Part shown: positions 1 to 10,523 of the stretch, in pieces
Numbering within the stretch: the first letter of the stretch is position 1
Layout of the letters: each line of letters starts with the position of its first letter
DNA from: an uncultured delta proteobacterium
Lineage (GTDB): Bacteria; Desulfobacterota; Desulfuromonadia; Desulfuromonadales; JACZKF01
NCBI GenBank assembly: GCA_963848425.1
Contig: CAWKDO010000005.1
Coordinates: 82,403-146,402, forward strand
Length of the DNA stretch: 64,000 nt
Direction of reading: 5' to 3'
The notes under the pieces: generated by a model
What the model saw: the letters and a program-made list of their open reading frames with translations, nothing else
The model's database searches: none
What the model was told of the DNA's origin: nothing
Made by a program: the position numbers and the translations under genes

Positions 1-49
1 GGTCGAATAGCATTTGGAGGCCGGTTTGTTTCCGGCCGGGAGAACTCGC

Positions 50-1204
50 ATGAAGCGTGCTGTCCAGTCGTTGCTCCTGTTCGGTGTGACCCTCCTGTCC
101 ACTGGGACTGTTCTTGCCCACGAAGCACTGCCGGTTCCGCCCAGCCCGCCCCGCTTGCTGCCAGGCCGTTCCCGGCACCGGCTTTGAGGGGCGGGTGGTG
201 GTGGACGGAGCAGTGATTCCGGGGGCGAAGGTCTACGCCTACAAGAGCTTCACCGATTTTATCGCCTCCAAAGCCCTTTGCCGCCTCCGCCCTGACCGGC
301 GACGACGGCAAATACAGCATGGATCTTCCTGGCGGCAGTTATTATCTGGTGGCCAAGAAACGCCAGGACATGGCCCAGGATGGCCCGGTGGCGGTCAGGG
401 ATTTTTTCTCCTTTCAGGGGCTCCAACCCGATCACCGTGGCTCCCGGCAAGTATACCCACGTGGGTTTCTCCATGCTCCCTTACCGCAAGGGTATCGACT
501 ATCAGCCGTACGATACTGCTGACTCCGGCGGCATCTCCGGGGTGGTTACCCTGGACGGCCAGCCGCTGGAGGGCGCTTTCGTGACCCTCTACGTGGACAC
601 CGCCGAGGACCTGCGCGGCTCGACCTACGCCACCTCGCCGCCACCGGCAAGAGAGGGGTTTTTCCGCTTCGATTACCTGCCCGAAGTCGAATATTACGTG
701 GTCGCCCGCAAACGTTCCGCGGGGCGCCGCCGGGCCGCTGACCGACGGCGACTACTTCGGCTTTTATCCCGCTCAATCCGGTTCCGTGTCAAGGTCGGCA
801 AGGTGGCCCAGAATCGAGATGCGCGGTCAACAGCAAGGCCGGCGAGATCGGCATGGAGGACAGCCTCTTCCGCAACACCGGCACCCAGATAACGGGAAGG
901 TGCTCAAGGACTGGAGGGCAAGCCGGTGGAAGGGCGTCTATGTTTTCGGCTACCTGGAGAAGGTCATGGCCCACAAACGCCCCGAATTCATCTCCGAGGT
1001 GGTCGGACAAGGAGGCCGCTACGTCCTCAACCTTCCAGAAGGGCAACACCTACTACATCGGCGCCCGCTCGGACTACGGCGACACCCCGGCCCTCGGAGA
1101 GTGGTACGGCCGCTGGGAGGGGACGGGCGATCATTCGGTCAACGTCGAGACCGGCCAGGTGCTTAAGGACATCGACATGATCGGTGGAGCAGATCCTCCC
1201 CTGA
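50..1204 (+). CDS. Exported protein with three carboxypeptidase-regulatory-like (prealbumin-fold) repeats; several frameshifts
   Basis: ATG at 50 after GGGAGA; signal peptide MKRAVQSLLLFGVTLLSTGTVLA; repeats GFEGRV..GAKVYAY, GISGVV..GAFVTLY, YYIGAR..GEWYGRW across ORFs 114-584, 380-892, 853-; ends VEQILP-TGA. Confidence 0.7.
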
Positions 1205-1266
1205 CGCAGGCAAAGGGCCAAAGCCCGCAACGCGCGGCGTATGGCATCGCCACCGGAGAAAGTCCC

Positions 1267-2143
1267 ATGCAAATCCAAATCTTTATTCTCAATCGCTTCT
1301 GGCCTTCCTCGCCGCTTCGCGGTTTCACGCGGCAGGGCGAGCCGACTCTCTTCTTGACAAGTCCTATATCACCAAGGACACCACCTGGAGCGGCACGGTG
1401 GTGCTGCGGGGCCAGAACGTGGTGCGCCGCGGATAACCCTGACTATAGTACCCGGCACTGTCGTCAAGTTCGAATGGATAGACGAGGACCACAACGACAT
1501 CGGCGACGGCGAACTTACCGTCGAGGGAACGCTGATAGCAAGGGGAACCAGGGAGAAGCCGATCCTCTTCACCTCCGGCCAGCAAAGAACCCGAAGATGA
1601 GCGACTGGACCTTCGTGCAGATCTCGGTAAGCCGCGACTCGGTGGTCGAGCACTGCATCTTCGAATACGCTTTCTCCGGCCTCCAGGTCCACTACTCGAA
1701 GCCGAGGTCCGCGACTGCCTCTTTCGCTACAACTACGAGGGGATCCGCTTTTCCACCACCGACATCCTCATCGAGCACAACGATTTGCTGGAGAATTATT
1801 ACGGCATCCGCTGCGAGGCCAATGGCTCGCGCACAACCATCACCAGGAACAACGTTCCGCGACAACGAATATGCCTTCTTCCCGGTGCGCAAGACCGGCG
1901 CCTCGGTAAAGGTCTTCGACAACAACATCGAGGCGAGCAAGATTTATCAGGTGAATCTCGGTCAGACCCAGAATGAGGACCTCGACTTCACCAACAACTG
2001 GTGGGGCTCGTCCGACGCCCAGGTGATCGCCGCGGAATCTTTGATCATGCCAAAGAACCGACCCTCGGCCGCATCAAGTTCGAGCCTTTTCGAACCGGAC
2101 CGGTCAAGGAAGCCGGTCAGAAGCTCAACTGTCCGCAGTTGTG
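1267..2143 (+). CDS. Right-handed parallel beta-helix (NosD-like fold) protein, frameshifted; end approximate
   Basis: Joined frames read DTTWSGTVVL..TLTIVPGTVVKF..GELTVEGTLIARGT..PILFTS..DW..EHCIFEYA..NNWWG, as in the paralogues at 7004 and 9156. Confidence 0.65.
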
Positions 2144-2164
2144 ACCACCGCCGGAGACGCGTTC

Positions 2165-3115
2165 ATGCACGCAGAAAACGATCGCCGCGAATTTCTGAAG
2201 AAAACGTTACTCGCCCTCGCCGTGAGCGGCTGCGTCCCTTGGGGGGAGTGGAGCCGCGTCTTCGGCAGTCGGGCAGCTTGGGCTGCAACAATGCAACCGA
2301 CCCTCGGCATTGCCAGGAACGGCGCCCCGGAGGCCCTGACCCGAGCCGCCGTAGACAAGCTCGGCGGAATGAAGAAGTTCATCGCCAGCGGTGACGTCGT
2401 CATCGTAAAGCCGAATATCGGCTGGGACCGTACTCCGGAGCTGGCCGCCAACACCACACCCCGAGGTGGTGCGTGCAGTGGTGGCGATGTGCCTCGAAGC
2501 CGGAGCCAAGCAGGTCAAGGTCATGGACCGCACCTGCAACGATCCGAGCCGCTGTTACAAGCGCAGCGGTATCCAGGACGCGGTCCTCGCCCTTAATAAT
2601 CCGGCCGCGACCGATCGAGCACATGGACGAGCGCAAGTTCATCGATATCCCGCTGAAGAATCCGGCCGGGACCCTCAAGAGCTGGACCTTCTACAAGCGA
2701 CGTCCTGGAAGCGGACAAGGTGATCAATGTGCCGGTCGCCAAACACCACAATGCCACCCGACTGACGATGAGCCTGAAGAACATCATGGGGGTGCTCGGC
2801 GGCAACCGCGGCAACATCCATCACGATCTCGACCAAAACATTGCCGAGCTCAACCAGGTCTTCCGTTTCCACCTCCATATTCTCGATGCGGTGCGCATCC
2901 TCACCGCCAACGGGCCCCAAGGGGGGAAGGTCAAGGATGTGCGCGACCTCCACACCGTCGCTGCCAGTACCGATCCGGTGGCTCTCGATGCCTTTGGCGC
3001 CACCCTCTTCGGCATCACCGCGGCTGATGTGCCGCATATCCTCCATGCCGCCAAGCTCGGCCTCGGCCAGGGCGATCTCAATCAGGTGAAGCTTGCGGTG
3101 GCGAATCTCGGTTGA
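2165..3115 (+). CDS. DUF362 family protein with Tat signal (copy 1), frameshifted
   Basis: DRREFLK twin-arginine motif; VIVKPNIGWDRTPE, DRTCNDPSRCY, INVPVAKHH, KNIMG. Confidence 0.8.
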
Positions 3116-4532
3116 CGCACTATTGACGGCACTCCTGCTGCTGGTCGCCGTGATGACGACTAAAGCTGCAGCTGCGCCCTGGTTCGAGGACGTCACCGTT
3201 GCCGCGGGGATTGCGCCGCTTCGCCATGGCGAAGGGGTCAATGCCGTCGATCTCACCTGCGACGACCACCCCGATCTCTATCTGCCGAGCGTGCGCGAGC
3301 CGGGTCGGCTGTTGCTCAACCTTGGCGATGGTACCTTCCGCGACATCACCGCCACAGCCGGCGTGAACGCTCAAGGCGGGGTCGGCGCCGCGGTTGGTGA
3401 TCTCAACCTGGACGGCCGGCCCGATATTTATGTAGCGCGGGGTGCCGATCCCTATGTGGCGCCGAACCTGATCTATCTGCAACGGGCGGACGGCACCTTC
3501 AGCAATGCTTCGGTGGCGGCCGGAGTCGGCACTAAGAACAGCGGCCTGACCGTCACCCTGGCCGACTTCAGCGGCGACGGCGCTCCCGATGCCTTCCTTC
3601 CCGGCTGGGGATTCGATGCTCTATATGCCAACGACGGTAGCGGTCGCTTCAGCGATGTCAGCGGCCCGGCTGGCATGACGCGCTCCGGGCGCGGTTGGAC
3701 TTCCGTCGTTTCCGATTTCGACGGTGATGGCCGGCTCGACATCTTCTCCACCCATGGCAGCCCTGCCGAACCGAGAGACAATCGGCTTTATCACAACCGG
3801 GGGGATAACAGCTTCGAGGAGTGCACCGAGGCGGCGGGATTGACCGCTTCCCCCTGGTCGATGGGTGCGGTGAGCGCCGATTTCGATGGTGACGGCGATT
3901 TTGATCTCTATGTGTCCGGGTTCAGCAGCCGGGGGCGCTTGTATCGCAATGAGGGCGGCATGCGCTTTACCGAGGTCACCACCGGTTCCGGAATAACCGC
4001 GCAAAAATTGGTCGGCGCGACGGCTGGTTCGATTGATGGCGATTTGTTGCCGGATCTGGTGGTCGGCGGCTTTGCCGGCCCGGTGGAGCTGTACCGGAAT
4101 GTTGGCCAGATGAAATTCGCCAAAATTGGTGCGGACTCGGGACTCCAGCCCTTTGCCCGCAACGAGGGGCTCACCCTGGCCGATCTCGACGAGGACGGCG
4201 ACCTCGATCTCTATATTAGTAATGTCGATGGGAAGAACCGGCTCTACCGCAATCACTTGAACGACTCACGGTTTCTCAAAGTCCGCTTTCTCTGCGGTGG
4301 CTCCTCGCTGGTTGGCGCCGTGGCTCGCCTCAGCCGGGATGGAAAAGTGTTGGCAACCCAGGAACTCGCCGGCGCCGTTGGCATGGGGCAGGGGCCACAG
4401 GAATTCCTCTTCCGATTACCGGATGATGGTTCATTCGACCTCTTTATAAGTCTTCCCGGCGGACGGCAGATCGAACAACGTGGGGTCAAGCCTGGCACAA
4501 TACGCTTGCCGGTGCCAGTAAAGGAGCTGTAA
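3093..4532 (+). CDS. CRTAC1/FG-GAP (VCBS-like) repeat protein with ASPIC/UnbV-like C-terminus; start uncertain
   Basis: Repeated DFDGDGxxDLY and RLYRN.G...F.(E/D)VT motifs; N-terminal signal peptide. Confidence 0.85.
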   Translation: MRWRISVDALLTALLLLVAVMTTKAAAAPWFEDVTVAAGIAPLRHGEGVNAVDLTCDDHPDLYLPSVREPGRLLLNLGDGTFRDITATAGVNAQGGVGAAVGDLNLDGRPDIYVARGADPYVAPNLIYLQRADGTFSNASVAAGVGTKNSGLTVTLADFSGDGAPDAFLPGWGFDALYANDGSGRFSDVSGPAGMTRSGRGWTSVVSDFDGDGRLDIFSTHGSPAEPRDNRLYHNRGDNSFEECTEAAGLTASPWSMGAVSADFDGDGDFDLYVSGFSSRGRLYRNEGGMRFTEVTTGSGITAQKLVGATAGSIDGDLLPDLVVGGFAGPVELYRNVGQMKFAKIGADSGLQPFARNEGLTLADLDEDGDLDLYISNVDGKNRLYRNHLNDSRFLKVRFLCGGSSLVGAVARLSRDGKVLATQELAGAVGMGQGPQEFLFRLPDDGSFDLFISLPGGRQIEQRGVKPGTIRLPVPVKEL

Positions 4533-4537
4533 AAACC

Positions 4538-5438
4538 ATGGATCGTCGCGAATTTCTCACCACTACCACCGTCCTCGGCGCCGGACTTGCCATTGCCCCG
4601 GCGTGGGGTGGCAGTGCATTGGCCGCCGAAGGACCGCTGGTGATCAAGGCGCAGGGGGGAAGCCCAGGCAAGCTGGTACGGGCCGCCGTCGCCGGGCTCG
4701 GCGGGATGAGTGCTTTTGTCGTAAGGGGCAGACAGTGGTGGTCAAGCCGAATATCGGCTGGGACCGCACCCCGGAGCAGGGGGCCAACACCCATCCCGAG
4801 GTGGTGCGCGAGGTCGTCGCTCTGTGCCTCGAGGCCGGGGCAGCCAAGGTCAAGGTCTTCGACCGCACCTGCAACGATCCCCGCCGCTGCTACGTCAAGA
4901 GCGGCATTGCCGCCGCAGTGGAAAGGCTCGATGCCAAGGTGGAACTCTCGCACATCGACGAGCGCCGCTTCCGCGAGGTGGAGATGCCGGCGGCACTGCT
5001 GCTCAAGCGCAGCTCCTTCTACGAGGAGGCGCTTGACGCCGACTGCTTCATCAACCTGCCCGTCGCCAAACACCACAGCGCCTCCGGGCTGACCATCGGC
5101 ATGAAGAACATCATGGGGGTGATGGGCGGCAACCGGGCGGTGCTGCACCGCAACATCGCCGAGGCCCTGGCTGACATGAACCGGGCGTCCGCTCCCATCT
5201 GACCATCGTCGATGCCACCCGCATCCTGGTCGCCAACGGCCCGCAAGGGGGGAAGCTGGAGGATGTCCGTTCCCTGGAGACGGTGATCGCCAGCAGCGAT
5301 GTGGTGGCGGCAGATGCGGTCGCCGCCGCGCTCTTCGGCAAGGGAGCAAAGGATCTGAAGTATCTCCAGCTCGCCCATTCGCTGGGGCTGGGTGTCGCCG
5401 ATCTCGATCGCATCCGCCTGAAGACGGTCGGGGCCTGA
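4538..5438 (+). CDS. DUF362 family protein with Tat signal (copy 2), frameshifted
   Basis: MDRREFL Tat motif; VVVKPNIGWDRTPE, DRTCNDPRRCY, INLPVAKHH, MKNIMG. Confidence 0.8.
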
Positions 5439-5440
5439 CC

Positions 5441-6983
5441 ATGACCCTGCGCTTGCTCAGACGGGGGTCGCAACTGCTGATCTTCGCCCTTTTCGTCTTC
5501 CTCTTTCTGCAGACCGAATACAAGGACAACGACGTCCTTCCCTACGCGGTGAACATTTTCCTGCGCTTCGACCCGCTGGTGGCGGTCGCCGCCTCGCTGG
5601 CAGCGCATACATTGATTGCGCTGGTCTGGCCGGCGCTAATCACCATCCTCCTGACCCTGCTTTTTGGCCGTTTCTTCTGCGGCTGGGTCTGTCCCATGGG
5701 GGCGCTTCTCGACTTCACCAGCGGGCTCCTCGGCAAGAACCGGTCGCCGCGCCATCTGTCGCCGCGCCTGAAGCAGCTCAAATATCTCCTCCTTTTTGCC
5801 CTGGCCGGTTCGGCCCTTTTTACTCTGCAGCTGGTCTATCTTTTCGACCCGATCAGCCTGTTGATCCGCTCCCTGGCGGTGGCCGTCTACCCGGCGCTGA
5901 ACGTGACCGCCAACGCCCTCTTCGGCGCACTGTACAGTACCGATAATAGCGCGATAACAGCGGTTTCAGAGCCGGTCTACGCCTTTCTGAAGGACCACTT
6001 TCTAGCTTTCGAACAGCCCCATTTCCAGTCAGCTCTGCTTGTTGGCCTCCTTTTCGCAGCCATTCTCGCCCTGGAAGCGGTCGAGCGTCGCTTCTGGTGC
6101 CGCTATCTCTGCCCCTTGGGCGCCTTTTTCGGTCTGCTCGCCAAGATCGGGCTGGTGCGCCGCAAGGTCAGCGAACCGGACTGCACCGGCTGCTCTCTCT
6201 GCGCCCGCTCCTGCCGCATGGAGGCGATTCAGGACCGATTACATTACCACTGAGCGTGCCGAATGCATCGCTTGCTTTGATTGCGAGGCCCTCTGCCCGG
6301 AGCGGGCGATCCGCTTTGGTGCCGCTGGCGGGATCGCGGCGACAACCCCCGATCTCACCCGCCGCGGGCTCCTTGTCGCCTGCGGGATCGGTGCGGTCGC
6401 GGTGCCGCTCTTTGGCGCCGAAGCCACGGAAAAGCAGGCGAGTCCAGCCCGCATTCGCCCCCCCGGCGCCCTGGCCGAAAAAGAATTTCTGGCGCGCTGC
6501 ACCCGTTGCGGCGAATGCATGCGCGTCTGTATCGCCAACGGGCTGCAGCCCGCAATCTCTGAAGCCGGGGTGGTCGGGCTCTGGAGTCCGGTGCTAGTGT
6601 CCCGCATCGGTTACTGCGAATACAACTGCACCCTTTGTGGCCAGGTCTGTCCAACCGGCGCGATCACCCGTTTGGAGTTGCCGAAGAAACAGAAGGTGAA
6701 GATCGGACTGGCCGAGGTCGACCGCAGCCGCTGTCTGCCATGGAATGGAAGTTCGGAATGCATTGTTTGCGAGGAGCATTGCCCGACCCCGGTAAAGGCG
6801 ATCAGGTTGCGTGAGGAGGAGGTCTATTCAGTCAACAATGGGACGAACACCACAGTGAAGCGTCCCTATGTGGACGAGAAGCTCTGCATAGGCTGCGGCA
6901 TCTGCGAAACCAAATGTCCCTTGAGCGACCGCTCGGCCATCCTGGTAACCTGCCGCGGTGAAACCCGGGCCGAGAAAAGCTGA
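5441..6983 (+). CDS. Membrane polyferredoxin, NapH/MauN-like N-terminus fused to NapG/MauM-like C-terminus; one frameshift near 6240
   Basis: TM helices; GRFFCGWVCPMG, RFWCRYLCPLG; several CxxCxxCxxxC(P); IRPPGA..FLARCTRCGEC. Confidence 0.85.
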
Positions 6984-7003
6984 GCTTCGAGATCAGTAAG
7001 AGT

Positions 7004-8395
7004 TTAACCTGTTTTCCCTGTACCCTTTGCTTCAGGGCCGGTGCCCGGCACTCGCTTTTCCTTCCACCCATCGAATTTGACCCGGTCCTGCCTGTACTCT
7101 CCCGGCCACCCTTCGTAGGTGCGGGAAGGGATATCGAAGCCGTCTTTGATCGTGGAAATATTTGCCTGTGACCCCTTGGCTTTCATTTCAATTGTCGTTT
7201 CGCGGCCCCAATAATTATTTTTTGCATTGACGAACCCCTCGGATTCGATATTGACCTGAATATCCTCGGGCCTGGCACGGCCTTGCTGCACCAGGACCTC
7301 GTTTTGTGCCTGCCGATTGCGTTTCGGTTTTTTCTTGGCACGGAGCTCCCAGTCGTAGCTCATGTTGTCAAGTTCAAGGTGCAAACCTTTTCCTTCGAAA
7401 TTGTTCCCCTCTAGATGTGCATAGGAGGAAAGGTGGAGGTAAACGGCCCTTTTATTATCTGTAAAATCGTTACGTAATATCCTTGGGTTGCACATTTGGA
7501 CGCAGCTGAGGGCCTTTTCGTTTTTCACCAGCAGATTTTGACGGATAGTTGGGCTGGAAGATTGAAAACATTCAATTCCCTTTTCACAACCTTCAACGAT
7601 ATTGCGTTCGATGATCGGAGACGAGAACTGCTGACAGCCAATGCCTGTTTTCGAGCCTGTGATCTTGTTGCCGCGCACCAGAGTGTTGGGAGTGGACTGG
7701 ATTAGGACGATCCCGATTTCACATTGATCCAGCACGTTGCCTTCCAGCGGAGGGGCGTCGCCGTTGACGAAAATTCCGAATTTTGCCCCTGAGATCCGAT
7801 TGTCGCGAACAGAAACGACAGCCTGTTTGGCGACTTGGATGCCAAAGTTGGTCACCCCTTCAATCTTGCAGGCGATAACTTTTGCTTGCGCACGAACGCT
7901 GGCGTCAATCGCTCCCTCGCTCATCCGGCGCACGGTAACACGCTCGATCGTAGCATGCGCCTCGGGACCCAGAACGATTCCGGTTTTTCCATCCTCCAAA
8001 GTGGAAGAGACTATATGCACCATGCTTCCGGCAATGGACAAGGACTGAACCGCACCCGTAATGCGCACGTTTTGCAGCACGGAACCCTTGCCTTCACCCT
8101 GGAGAAAAGAGATTCCCTGCCAGGAATCAGGCGTGGTAGCTGAATCGGAGCGAAATACAATTGGTTTTTCCGCAGTCCCTTTCGCCGACAAAATTCCTTG
8201 CACAGAAAGCGCTGCATCTTTGGTGAACCGAAGTTCCGTACCCGGCTTGATCGTCAGGGATGAACCGGAGGGGACGATCACATCCCCGGCGAGGACCATC
8301 TTTCCCGACCATGTTTCGTGGCCGTTGATGGTGCGGGAAGCCAGACTCTCGGACGCAAAGAGCATAAGTAATAAAACAAGAAAGAGACGAGGCAT
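7004..8395 (-). CDS. Exported right-handed parallel beta-helix protein
   Basis: Signal peptide; TWSG..LTIKPGT..GTAEKPIVF; periodic I..N.I....GI repeats; NNYWG. Confidence 0.85.
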   Translation of the reverse strand: MPRLFLVLLLMLFASESLASRTINGHETWSGKMVLAGDVIVPSGSSLTIKPGTELRFTKDAALSVQGILSAKGTAEKPIVFRSDSATTPDSWQGISFLQGEGKGSVLQNVRITGAVQSLSIAGSMVHIVSSTLEDGKTGIVLGPEAHATIERVTVRRMSEGAIDASVRAQAKVIACKIEGVTNFGIQVAKQAVVSVRDNRISGAKFGIFVNGDAPPLEGNVLDQCEIGIVLIQSTPNTLVRGNKITGSKTGIGCQQFSSPIIERNIVEGCEKGIECFQSSSPTIRQNLLVKNEKALSCVQMCNPRILRNDFTDNKRAVYLHLSSYAHLEGNNFEGKGLHLELDNMSYDWELRAKKKPKRNRQAQNEVLVQQGRARPEDIQVNIESEGFVNAKNNYWGRETTIEMKAKGSQANISTIKDGFDIPSRTYEGWPGEYRQDRVKFDGWKEKRVPGTGPEAKGTGKTG

Positions 8396-8467
8396 AGGAA
8401 TCTCCTGAAGAGAGTAAAAACCTGCTCTTCTGCATCGGAAGAGTCGGATTTCATCCCGGCGGCCAAA

Positions 8468-9070
8468 TCAGATCAGGCGGTTGACCTTAAGAAACTCTCG
8501 GGCCACCTCATGCACATTCCCTTTTCCCACTGCTGATTCGAGCCGATGCATGGTGGGACCGTCGATTACTCCGCCAAGTTTATTGAGCAAACGAGCCAGG
8601 GCCGGGAATTTCTTCAGGGTGTCCTTGCGCACAACCGGCGCTGCCTGGGCCGAAATCTCTACTGCTACGACCCGGGGCTCGTCGAACCCGAAGGGCTGCA
8701 ACCAGACTAGGTTCAGTTCCTCGTTATACCTTTTTTTAACCGCTTCGAATAACTGATCCGAGTCGCGGATCGGCGATCCCTTGAGCACTTCCAATTGACT
8801 CGCCCCAGTGTATTCCATCGCCATGTCAAGGTCGGCCTTGAGCAGCGCATCGTGGGTAGCAGCAAACGAGTCAAAACGAACCACCTTAACGGTAGTGCCA
8901 GTCCTTTCACTAATCAGCAAGGAAACGATTTCGGCTAACAAGTCTTGTTGAATGCTGCCGGCGGAGCCGATCATCAGAGATTTCCCGACACAGGCGTGCG
9001 CGGTGGCAGGCGTAGCAAGCGGCAGCAAGGCCACCATGATCAGCAGAAATATGGACTTGACAGTCTCCAC
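8468..9070 (-). CDS. Short OpuAC/OsmF-like (glycine betaine-type) substrate-binding protein
   Basis: Signal peptide ending AHA; DLDMAMEYTG, LVWLQPFGF, HEVAREFLK; only 200 aa; GGAGG RBS. Confidence 0.7.
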   Translation of the reverse strand: METVKSIFLLIMVALLPLATPATAHACVGKSLMIGSAGSIQQDLLAEIVSLLISERTGTTVKVVRFDSFAATHDALLKADLDMAMEYTGASQLEVLKGSPIRDSDQLFEAVKKRYNEELNLVWLQPFGFDEPRVVAVEISAQAAPVVRKDTLKKFPALARLLNKLGGVIDGPTMHRLESAVGKGNVHEVAREFLKVNRLI

Positions 9071-9155
9071 GAAATTCCTCCTTTAGAATGATTCGATTTC
9101 GGAGTGAAGACAGGAAGAGTTGGCTTGACCTGCTGCAACCCGAAAAGAAATCGGC

Positions 9156-10523
9156 TTATTTTTTTGGACCGCAATCAGCCACCGGGGCGGTCAGCCAAGG
9201 GGCAAAGTGGATGACATCGACGGCGTAACTTTCCGGGCCAAAACCCTCGTATTTTACTTGAGGCTGGTCCCGTCCATCCTGAAACATCTCAAGGTTGCCT
9301 TCCGCACCAGCCTTCTTAAGCTTGGCACTATCATCACCCCACCAATTCTCGCGGACATCGACTGCTACATTGATTTTCGGAGGTGTTTTGACCAAGAGCG
9401 GATTCCGGCTTTTGCGAGCCTCCGCCTCTTTTTGTCTGATGGCATTAGATCCGAAACGTTTTTCCCAGTCGCCACTCTGATAAATCCCGAGTTTAACCCC
9501 CATCCCGTTCTTCGAGAAGTTGTTTCGGTGAACAATCGGGTAAGATGAGAAATCGCAGAGAAGTGCCAATTGGTTGTTCTCAATCAAGTTGTATTCGACA
9601 ACTGGGTCCGACTTACGGTAGCTGTAGATCGCCGTTTTGTTGTTGAGAAAGTGGTTGTGTACTACTCTAGGCGTACTGAACTGATCATTATGGATACCGG
9701 TTTCATTGCCAATGAACATGTTGTTTTCCACATCGGGATAAGCATAAGAAAAGTTAAACAGACCTTTTCCATTTTTTTCAAAAGTATTGTTTCGGATTGA
9801 AGGAGAACTCTGTGTCTGATTACAGAAAATCCCGGTAACATTCTCGCGGAAAGTATTGCCAGTTATTCGGTCCGGGTATTTTTGGATAAGACCAATTCCC
9901 TTTTCATTTCTTTCGAACGTATTTCCTTCGATCGGCCCAGAACTGTTGTGGGAAGCAAGTATGGCTGTTTTTTTGTGCCCCGAAAAATGATTTCCCCGAA
10001 TAAGGGGAGATGATTTGGTTTCATTATCGATGCCAATTGCATTTCCGGTAAATTGATTGGTCTCTATCTGGGGGTTTGATTCCCGCAACAGCTTGATAGC
10101 TGTGCCGCAATTTTCAAAGGTGCAGAAGCGGACAGCAAAGGAGGAAGCACTGCTGCTGATTGCCGTTTCGGCGTCGATAAACTGGACGTGTTCGAGGGTG
10201 CTGCCAGAAGCGGCTTCCATGAATTCGATCCCCTGCCAACCCGGCACACCGAGGAAAAGGATCGGCTGAGCGGCGGTACCTTGCGCTTTCAAAACCCCTT
10301 TTATGGCAATCCTCGCCCCCACCTTCAAGGGGCGCACTTTCGTACCCGGAGCGATGACTAAAACTTCCTGAGGGCTGATGAAAACCGATTCCCGCAGGTT
10401 GATTTCCCCCGACCAGGTCTGATTTCCCCCCAATGTGCCTGCGGCTGTCTGGCAGAGGGCGACAGAGGCGGTCAACAGCAGGAAGACGACGGATAGGCTA
10501 AGTGCCTCTCTTGGGCTCCACAT
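9156..10523 (-). CDS. Exported right-handed parallel beta-helix protein
   Basis: Likely start MWSPREALS.. signal peptide; TWSG..IAPGT..GTAAQPILF; N.F..N..GI repeats; ENWWG. Confidence 0.85.
   Translation of the reverse strand: MWSPREALSLSVVFLLLTASVALCQTAAGTLGGNQTWSGEINLRESVFISPQEVLVIAPGTKVRPLKVGARIAIKGVLKAQGTAAQPILFLGVPGWQGIEFMEAASGSTLEHVQFIDAETAISSSASSFAVRFCTFENCGTAIKLLRESNPQIETNQFTGNAIGIDNETKSSPLIRGNHFSGHKKTAILASHNSSGPIEGNTFERNEKGIGLIQKYPDRITGNTFRENVTGIFCNQTQSSPSIRNNTFEKNGKGLFNFSYAYPDVENNMFIGNETGIHNDQFSTPRVVHNHFLNNKTAIYSYRKSDPVVEYNLIENNQLALLCDFSSYPIVHRNNFSKNGMGVKLGIYQSGDWEKRFGSNAIRQKEAEARKSRNPLLVKTPPKINVAVDVRENWWGDDSAKLKKAGAEGNLEMFQDGRDQPQVKYEGFGPESYAVDVIHFAPWLTAPVADCGPKK

Noticed and set aside
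3240-4260. Periodic nucleotide repeats (also 12100-13200) as a CRISPR or tandem array
   Set aside because: They are codons of FG-GAP protein repeats; no constant repeat-spacer structure or cas genes
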